Source: Pseudomonadota bacterium (GTDB lineage Bacteria; Pseudomonadota; Alphaproteobacteria; RF32; CAG-239). From it: DNA of 42,724 bases. Position 1 is the first letter of the stretch. Each line of letters opens with the position of its first letter. This document shows positions 36,204 through 42,724 of the stretch, piece after piece. The stretch is from contig CAKJXZ020000063.1 in assembly GCA_918234285.1 (NCBI GenBank), forward strand, positions 1-42,724, given 5' to 3'. The translations under genes were made by a program, and so were the position numbers. Below the pieces are notes generated by a model. The model saw nothing but the letters and a program-made list of their open reading frames with translations. It did not search any database and had not been told where the DNA came from.

Positions 36204-36986
36204 ATGGAAATTGACCTGGTTACATTAATTGCACAAATCATCAACTTACTGATTTTGTTGTTTTTGCTCAGAAAGTTTTTATATCTTCCGGTTTTGAAGG
36301 CGGTGGAGGCAAGGCAAAAAGCCGTTGCCGATGAGTTGCAGGCGGCGGAAGACGCGCAAAAGCATGCGCAAATTACCATAAAAGCGTGTGAAAAACAAAC
36401 TCAGAAACTTGAGGCGCAAAAACAGGAAATTTTGCAAAAAGCACATCAGGAGGCCGATGATTTGTCGGCGGAATTGCTTGTACAAGCTCAGAAAGAATAT
36501 GCGGTTGCGCAAAAACAATGGCAACGCAGAATGGTTGCGGAACAAGACAGTTTTGTGCATACAATGCAGAAGGCAGTTACCTTACAGTTTAATCACTTTG
36601 CCCAAAAAGCCCTAAAACAAATTGCCAACGTTGATATCAATGATTTGGCGGTTGATTGTTTATTAAAACAACTGGATAATCTGTCACCGGAACAGCAGGC
36701 CGAATATGCCGCGGATTTTCACTCCAAAAAGCGTATAGAGATTCAATCTGCGGCGGTATTGAGTGAAAAAAATCAAAAAAAATTAGAAAAATATTTGCGC
36801 GAAAAATGGCAGCTTTTGCCGCAAACCCAAATTGTTTTTACGGTTAACGATGAGCTGATTTGCGGTTTGAGCCTGATGGCCGAAGAACAGTTGATTTCAT
36901 GGAATTTAGAAGAGTATATGCGTCAGTTCGGGCATAATCTGAAACAGGAAGCAACACAATTTTTAAACAGAGGTAAAAATGATTGA
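36204..36986 (+). CDS. atpF: Fo subunit b with a fused delta-like C-terminus
   Basis: TLIAQIIN.LIL.FLLRKFLY.PV, coiled coil, and ELICGL.L....ISWN C-terminal domain. No separate atpH. Confidence 0.9.
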   Translation: MEIDLVTLIAQIINLLILLFLLRKFLYLPVLKAVEARQKAVADELQAAEDAQKHAQITIKACEKQTQKLEAQKQEILQKAHQEADDLSAELLVQAQKEYAVAQKQWQRRMVAEQDSFVHTMQKAVTLQFNHFAQKALKQIANVDINDLAVDCLLKQLDNLSPEQQAEYAADFHSKKRIEIQSAAVLSEKNQKKLEKYLREKWQLLPQTQIVFTVNDELICGLSLMAEEQLISWNLEEYMRQFGHNLKQEATQFLNRGKND

Positions 36987-38481
36987 AGCAAAAAATATGT
37001 TGCAGGCTATTCAGCAAAGTATCGAAAAAACCGATATGGAGCTGAAAAAAGAAGAAGTAAGCACCGTGCAGTCGGTTTCGGCCGGCACGGCGATTGTCAG
37101 CGGTTTGGAAAACGCACAGATGGACGAGTTGCTGCAATTTCCTCACAACGTTTCGGGAATGGTGCAGACGCTTAATCGACAATCGGTCGGTGTGGTGTTT
37201 TTGGATGATCCGCAAAAAATAAAAGCCGGCGACCGCGTGGTACGTACCGGTCGCGTTTCCGATGTCCCGGTCAGCGAAAATCTGTTGGGACGGGTGATTA
37301 ATCCGTTGGGAGAGCCGTTGGACGGTAAGGGGGCTTACAGCTATGAAGAACGTCGCCCGCTCGAGGTTGAAGCAGTTCCGATTATGGATAGAGCGCCGGT
37401 CGATACTCCTCTGCAGACCGGAATTAAAGCCGTTGATGCTTTTACACCCATCGGGCGCGGGCAACGCGAACTGATTTTGGGTGACCGGCAAACCGGTAAA
37501 ACAGCCATTGCTTTGGATACGATTATCAATCAGAAAAACAGCGGCGTAATCAGCATTTATTGTGCCATAGGACAGCGTAATGCGGCGGTGGCTTCGGTAA
37601 TTGCCGATTTGCAAAAATACGACGTGATGGATAAAACAATCGTCGTTTCGGCCTCTGCCGACGATGAAGCCGGAATGCAATATATTGCTCCGTATGCAGC
37701 TACCACTATCGGTGAATATTTTATGCAGCGCGGCTATGATGTTTTGGTGGTGTATGATGACTTGACCAACCACGCCCGAGCCTATCGGCAAATGTCGCTG
37801 TTGTTGCGCCGTCCGCCGGGGCGTGAGGCTTTCCCGGGTGACATTTTCTACATTCACTCCCGTTTATTGGAAAGAGCAACTCATTTGCGGCCGGAAGCAG
37901 GCGGCGGTTCTTTGACCGCTTTGCCGATTGTTTCGACCGAAGCCGGCAATATTTCGGCTTATATTCCGACCAACATTATTTCGATTACCGACGGGCAGAT
38001 TTATTTGTCGGCGCAAATGTTTCAGAAGGGATTGATGCCGGCGATAGATACCGGAAAGTCGGTTTCACGCGTGGGTGGCGATGCGCAGTTGCCGGCCTAT
38101 AAGTCGGTGGTCGGACCGCTCAAACTGTTTTATGCGCAATTTGAGGAATTGGAGTCGTTTACCAAATTCGGCACTCAGTTGGATAAAGAAACTCAACAAA
38201 GAATTGCCCGCGGTCAGGCGGTGCGTGCGGTATTGCAACAACGGCGATATGCTTTGTTGACGGCGGCCGAGCAAATAGCAATTTTTGCCGCAACCAACGA
38301 CGGTATATTTGACGGATTGAATGTTGAGCAAACCAACCATGTTCAGGAAGTTATCTTGCAGGTGTTGCACAGTCGCTTCAAAAAGCTGATGCACGCCGTG
38401 GATAAACGCCATAAAATTTCAGATGCCGATTTAAATAATATGATACAAACTTTCAAATCTGTTTTGCAGGGCGAGGAATAA
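36979..38481 (+). CDS. atpA: N-type ATPase alpha subunit
   Basis: GDRQTGKT, LRRPPGREAFPGD and SITDGQI. Confidence 0.96.
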   Translation: MIEAKNMLQAIQQSIEKTDMELKKEEVSTVQSVSAGTAIVSGLENAQMDELLQFPHNVSGMVQTLNRQSVGVVFLDDPQKIKAGDRVVRTGRVSDVPVSENLLGRVINPLGEPLDGKGAYSYEERRPLEVEAVPIMDRAPVDTPLQTGIKAVDAFTPIGRGQRELILGDRQTGKTAIALDTIINQKNSGVISIYCAIGQRNAAVASVIADLQKYDVMDKTIVVSASADDEAGMQYIAPYAATTIGEYFMQRGYDVLVVYDDLTNHARAYRQMSLLLRRPPGREAFPGDIFYIHSRLLERATHLRPEAGGGSLTALPIVSTEAGNISAYIPTNIISITDGQIYLSAQMFQKGLMPAIDTGKSVSRVGGDAQLPAYKSVVGPLKLFYAQFEELESFTKFGTQLDKETQQRIARGQAVRAVLQQRRYALLTAAEQIAIFAATNDGIFDGLNVEQTNHVQEVILQVLHSRFKKLMHAVDKRHKISDADLNNMIQTFKSVLQGEE

Positions 38482-38486
38482 ACATT

Positions 38487-39365
38487 ATGCCGATTGAGAA
38501 ATTGCAACGAAAGATAAAAACCACCCAAGAATTGCGGGAAATTGTCAGCAATATGAAAACGCTGTCATCGGTGAGTATCTTGCAATATGATCAGGCTAAT
38601 ACGGTTTTGGAAAAATATCAGCGCAATTTACAGGATGCAATTCATGTGTTGGCACTGCATAACGGCATTCCGCTATCGGCCTCCGAGCAGCCGGCACACC
38701 CGCGCTATTTGTTTATTATCATCGGTTCGGATAACGGCATGGTCGGTCGTTTCAATCGCGATTTGACCGAGCAGGTGCAAAAGTTTATAAAAGCGGAAAA
38801 AATCGCTGCCGCCGATGCCTATTTTATTACCATCGGTAAAAGGTTATCTGCTTTGAGCGAACAGGCTGATTTCAACGTTTTAACCGGATATGCTACGTCA
38901 AATTCGGTAAAGGCGGTGGTGTCGTTGGCCGAAACAATAATTATGCGCCTGGAGCAGGCTATGCGTCGTCAGCGCGTAACCAATGTTTATACTTGCTTTC
39001 ACCGGCGCAACGGTAACAGCGTAAGCATTAATTTGCAAAGAATTTTGCCGGTGGATAAAGAAGGGTTGTTGAAGCTTAAGAAAAAAAGATGGGAAACAAA
39101 CAATATCCCGATGTTACCCGTAAATAAAGATAAAATGTTTGCGGCCTTGGTCGGAGAAATTTTGATGATTGCCTTATCTAAACAAATCAATGCTTCGCTG
39201 GCGGCCGAACATTATATTCGTATGACAAATATGCAAAATGCCGAGAAAAATATCGATGAGAGTCTGGAAGAACTCAATTTGGAATTTCAGCAGCAACGTC
39301 AGGAAGAAATCACCGGCGAGCTGATTGATGTTATTTCCGGAGCCAATGCCATGGCTGAAGCTTGA
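38487..39365 (+). CDS. atpG: N-type ATPase gamma subunit
   Basis: LQRKIKT..EL..IV..MK, GSDNGMVGRFN, E...RM..MQ.AEKNI and RQEEITGEL. Confidence 0.93.
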   Translation: MPIEKLQRKIKTTQELREIVSNMKTLSSVSILQYDQANTVLEKYQRNLQDAIHVLALHNGIPLSASEQPAHPRYLFIIIGSDNGMVGRFNRDLTEQVQKFIKAEKIAAADAYFITIGKRLSALSEQADFNVLTGYATSNSVKAVVSLAETIIMRLEQAMRRQRVTNVYTCFHRRNGNSVSINLQRILPVDKEGLLKLKKKRWETNNIPMLPVNKDKMFAALVGEILMIALSKQINASLAAEHYIRMTNMQNAEKNIDESLEELNLEFQQQRQEEITGELIDVISGANAMAEA

Positions 39366-39387
39366 AGTTTTTACTCGCGTTAATATT

Positions 39388-39419
39388 AAAAAAAGACCGA
39401 TAATTTTCGGTCTTTTTTT
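39388..39419. terminator. Bidirectional intrinsic terminator
   Basis: aaaaaagaccga/tcggtctttttt between convergent operons. Confidence 0.85.
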
Positions 39420-39439
39420 AATTGTATCAACATCCTAAA

Positions 39440-40054
39440 TCAATTTTTCGGCGGAATATTGATTTGCGCAATATAACCCGGCTTGATTCTAACCGAACTG
39501 TACTTCATATTGCTGGTATCAATCATATACAGCTCACGCCCGGTCCAGTTTGCCGCCGTTTTATAAAAGTCTTTGGCCAGAATTTCCTGATTTTTCGGAT
39601 TCATCATATACAATACGCAACCCTGGTGCGGTTCGGCAACACCGCAACGGCTACGGCCCTGCGGTAACTCCGGATTGAGTATAACTCCATCAAGCCCGCG
39701 CGAAGTAGAGGAGGATGACGTCGGTGCCAGAATATATCCGGTGATTGCCCCGATTAAACCGGCAATAATGAGCAACATAAATACGGTTTTGTTGCGTAAC
39801 AATACCGCGATGGAATCTTGCGTTTGCGGCACCAATTCTTCTTCGGTAATAAAATGGATATTCTCCGCATCACCATTATTGTCATACACGGTATTATTAT
39901 TGGCGGTTTCGTTGAAAGCATCTTCCAAAAACGAACTGGGCTGAGAATAATTTACCTTTGTCGGCGCACCGAATGACATCGGTTGATTTTGCGGTCTGGA
40001 TCTCTTAATTTTGCGCAGTTTGCGAATTTTAGGCGCATTTTGATTTTGTTCCAT
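39440..40054 (-). CDS. Hypothetical bitopic membrane protein
   Basis: Basic/disordered N-terminus, single TM (VFMLLIIAGLIGAITGYIL), C-terminal domain with two Cys. 9 bp downstream of the previous gene. Confidence 0.8.
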   Translation of the reverse strand: MEQNQNAPKIRKLRKIKRSRPQNQPMSFGAPTKVNYSQPSSFLEDAFNETANNNTVYDNNGDAENIHFITEEELVPQTQDSIAVLLRNKTVFMLLIIAGLIGAITGYILAPTSSSSTSRGLDGVILNPELPQGRSRCGVAEPHQGCVLYMMNPKNQEILAKDFYKTAANWTGRELYMIDTSNMKYSSVRIKPGYIAQINIPPKN

Positions 40055-40063
40055 AATACCCCC

Positions 40064-41374
40064 TTATTTTATCTTATTCTTAATTGCTTCACTGGTCTTT
40101 AAGGTCCGAATCAAACGCGGTACCATAAAGATAATGGTTTCGGATTTCGGAGAGTTTACTCCGAATAACTCGTTCGGCATACCTATAATCAGGAAGTTTT
40201 CGCCGAGCTTATTACGAATATTGAATTTTGTAACCTGTCCGTCCGTAACTTCAACCGTAACGTCGGTAAATATTTCGTTATTCTTTTCAACCGATGCTTT
40301 GGCCAAAACGGACATACCGTAAGGATCTGCCCCCGGCTGGCTGCATTTGCCGATATCAAAGCGCGCTAACCACAGATTAGGTACCACGAATTTACCTTCC
40401 GAAACAGTTTCTATACGCGCCTGACTGCCTAAGAATTGTTGCAATTTTTCAATCGAAATATCATTAGTGGTGGTTAAAACTCTGCCGATAACACCGGTTT
40501 GTGCTGTGGTAATCGAGCCGAAATCAAAGGCTTTAAGCAATTCTTTCCACTCGATATCACGCATCGGATCATTAGGATATAAACGGAATACGCTGACATC
40601 ATAAGCCACTAAAGTCGGGCTGTTTTCAAAAATTTTAATCAGCTCGGTCATCTTTTTCTGCATTTCGATATCGGCATCAAAAGTGATGGAATAATCGGCC
40701 CAGTTGGTAGTGATATTGGTAATCCCGGCACCGCGGATAACATCAAGCAATCCGAGAATAATCGGGCGTGAATGCGGCGTATACAAGGTCATATTGGCCC
40801 GACGGCTTAATGTCAGAATTTTATCTTTGGCATTGTAGGAATAATAAATATCGGCCGATTCGGCAATCATTTTGATAACTTCCGAAAATTCGCCTTTCAA
40901 ATCTTGTGCCGAAATGCTGGTATAAGGCCCGTCGGCAGAAGAAACGCGAATACCTGCTTCTTTGGTTAAGCGCACCAGAGCCTGTTCGGCCGGCATCATA
41001 TCAAACGAAAATCCGGTAACTTCAAAACGCGGCAAAGCATCATTCTGTCCGTTACGCTCGAGTTTGAAAGCCGAACGAACATAAGGTAACGTCAAAATCA
41101 TTTGCTGGGTTCCCCAGTTGACGTTACAACGCAAAGGGGTTTCCAAATCCAAAGCATTAGCCCCCTCGGTAGTTCTTATCATAAACGGATCCTGCGGTTC
41201 TTTATGTGTAGGCCCGGCTTCCATCATTTGCATTGCGTGTTCATATTCATTTCGAGCAGCGATCTGCTCCGCTTCTGCTTGCTTGACGACTTCGCTGTTT
41301 TCAAGACATCCGGTTAGTGCAAACAACAAAAAAGCTGATAAGATATATAGTCCAGAATTAAGCAATTTTTTCAT
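40064..41374 (-). CDS. Secretin-like lipoprotein (TcpC/BfpB/PilN-like, divergent)
   Basis: LTGC lipobox, N0/STN-like segment (AEQALVRL...GEFSEVIKMIAESADIYYSY), LVAYDVSVF strand and C-terminal ETIIFMVPRLI resembling the secretin end motif. Confidence 0.6.
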   Translation of the reverse strand: MKKLLNSGLYILSAFLLFALTGCLENSEVVKQAEAEQIAARNEYEHAMQMMEAGPTHKEPQDPFMIRTTEGANALDLETPLRCNVNWGTQQMILTLPYVRSAFKLERNGQNDALPRFEVTGFSFDMMPAEQALVRLTKEAGIRVSSADGPYTSISAQDLKGEFSEVIKMIAESADIYYSYNAKDKILTLSRRANMTLYTPHSRPIILGLLDVIRGAGITNITTNWADYSITFDADIEMQKKMTELIKIFENSPTLVAYDVSVFRLYPNDPMRDIEWKELLKAFDFGSITTAQTGVIGRVLTTTNDISIEKLQQFLGSQARIETVSEGKFVVPNLWLARFDIGKCSQPGADPYGMSVLAKASVEKNNEIFTDVTVEVTDGQVTKFNIRNKLGENFLIIGMPNELFGVNSPKSETIIFMVPRLIRTLKTSEAIKNKIK

Positions 41375-41387
41375 TGTCGGTATCCTC

Positions 41388-41885
41388 TTATTTTTGAGTG
41401 TCAGCGGCTTCATTACCTGTTTCCGCAGCGTTCTCCGCCATAAGTTTATTCATTAAATCATCAATATTCATGCCGGCACCTACTGTCGGGTCGGTTGCCT
41501 TATCAAAGTTGCTCATAACCTCGTTTAATTTTTTTGCTTCGTTCGGATCGGTACGCAACATTTCAGGTGTTTGGTTATTGGTTAATTCCTGCTGATACAG
41601 CGATAAATTTTTGCGCAACGCTTCAACTCCGCCGGCAATTCTCTTTTCTACGTACGGATATAATTCCTGATGTTCTAAAACATAATTTCCGGTATCACAG
41701 ATTTCTTCCAATATATCAAGAATATACGGATAGAAAGGATATTCTTCCATGGCAATATTGCCCATACGTATGCAACGCGCTGCAATACGCGAAATGGTGC
41801 GGTCATAATAATCAATCAAAACGATATAATTATCGACATACCATAAAGATTCTTTTGAAACGGCGCTATGTGCAACTTCTGCCAT
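41388..41885 (-). CDS. Hypothetical cytoplasmic helical protein
   Basis: RBS AAAGGA before the ATG at 41885. Ends 13 bp before the secretin-like gene. Confidence 0.75.
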   Translation of the reverse strand: MAEVAHSAVSKESLWYVDNYIVLIDYYDRTISRIAARCIRMGNIAMEEYPFYPYILDILEEICDTGNYVLEHQELYPYVEKRIAGGVEALRKNLSLYQQELTNNQTPEMLRTDPNEAKKLNEVMSNFDKATDPTVGAGMNIDDLMNKLMAENAAETGNEAADTQK

Positions 41886-41970
41886 GTTATTTGTTCCTTT
41901 CATTTTTCCATCATTCTACTAAAGAATATATGGTTTGTAAATATTTTTGAGCAACTTGTCGCGAGTGTTT

Positions 41971-42724
41971 TTATGAAGCAATCGGATTGCCGTTTTCATC
42001 AACATATTCCCACTCGTCGCTATCCGACGGCTCAATCGGATTGCCGTTTTCATCAACATATTCCCATTCATCATCATTCGATGCCGTAACCGGATTGCCG
42101 TTTTCATCAACATATTCCCATTCATCATCACCCGATGCCGTAACCGGATTGCCGTTTTCATCAACATATTCCCATTCATCATCATCTGATGCCGTAACCG
42201 GATTACCGTTTTCATCGACATATTCCCACTCATCGTCATCCGATGCCGTAACCGGATTGCCGTTTTCATCGACATACTCCCACTCGTCATCGGTTGTTGC
42301 GGTTTCACCGTTGTTATCCGTTGCAAAGGCATCTTCCAGGTCACCGAAGGCAGCTTCCAAACTGACCGGCGCTTTATCGTTGCCGGCGGCCAAAGACACC
42401 GGTGTCACGTCCAAGTCATCAAGCGAAACCGAATCGGTTGAGTTGATGGCCTCTTTAATTCTTTGCATGGCACTGTCATAACCCGGATTACTTACCTTTG
42501 CTTGCGGCGCCGGTTTGGCGTCCATACCGAATGCCGCGCTCAAATCATCAACCGGTTTGGTGGCCTTTGCTTGCGGTGCCGGCTTGGTTTCCATACCGAA
42601 TGCCGCAGCTATATCATCAGCCGGTTTGGCGGCCTTTGTTTGCGGTGCCGACTTGGTTTCCATACCGAATGCCGCAGCTATATCATCAGCCGGTTTAACG
42701 GCCTTTGCTTGCGGTGCCGGCTTG
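41971..42724 (-). CDS. Acidic low-complexity repeat protein, 5'-truncated by the window edge
   Basis: Frame is open from the edge (KPAPQAKAVKPADDIAAAFGM...). 23-aa repeats are followed by 6 DEWEYVDENGNP repeats with synonymous third-position variation. Confidence 0.88.
   Translation of the reverse strand, partial: KPAPQAKAVKPADDIAAAFGMETKSAPQTKAAKPADDIAAAFGMETKPAPQAKATKPVDDLSAAFGMDAKPAPQAKVSNPGYDSAMQRIKEAINSTDSVSLDDLDVTPVSLAAGNDKAPVSLEAAFGDLEDAFATDNNGETATTDDEWEYVDENGNPVTASDDDEWEYVDENGNPVTASDDDEWEYVDENGNPVTASGDDEWEYVDENGNPVTASNDDEWEYVDENGNPIEPSDSDEWEYVDENGNPIAS
41981..42291 (-). repeat. 51-bp coding tandem repeat x6 (one unit 54 bp)
   Basis: Recurring ccggattgccgttttcatcaacatattcccattcatcatc units. 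Confidence 0.95.
42497..42724 (-). repeat. 69-bp coding tandem repeat, >=3 copies, continuing past the edge
   Basis: ccataccgaatgccgc recurs at ~42522, ~42591 and ~42660. Confidence 0.9.

Noticed and set aside
36844-37857. 337-aa antisense ORF within atpF/atpA
   Set aside because: Antisense shadow of a highly conserved gene.
41981-42291. 51-bp periodic array as a possible CRISPR
   Set aside because: No unique spacers, the period is a multiple of 3, variation is synonymous within an ORF, and no cas genes are present.

Overview
Chromosomal window from a compact-genome Alphaproteobacterium, inferred from gene orders such as yfgM-bamB-der, lpxC-bamD-recN and uvrC-pgsA and from CtrA-like boxes. 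A gut Rhodospirillales/RF32-like lineage is a guess. Housekeeping content: 3' part of dnaK, tkt, an RlmD-like methyltransferase, a diguanylate cyclase, yfgM-bamB-der, glmM, an outer-membrane barrel, RNase P RNA, lpxC-bamD-recN-uvrC-pgsA-ompR-envZ, mutT and a complete N-type ATPase operon (atpDCQRBEFAG). Accessory content: a Bacteroidota-style lipoprotein/barrel pair, an atypical peroxiredoxin, a 1419-aa orphan membrane or effector-like protein, and a minus-strand cluster with a minimal secretin-like lipoprotein and a tandem DDEWEYVDENGNP repeat protein. The most notable signals are: (i) rnpB abuts lpxC, so the two usual flanks of the dcw cluster are joined with no mraZ-ftsZ between them; (ii) a dispersed ~105-bp hairpin element occurs twice with compensatory stem changes; (iii) the secretin/acidic-Trp repeat cluster. 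No CRISPR array, tRNA, rRNA, transposase or integrase was recognised. All family assignments come from motif reading, not database searches.
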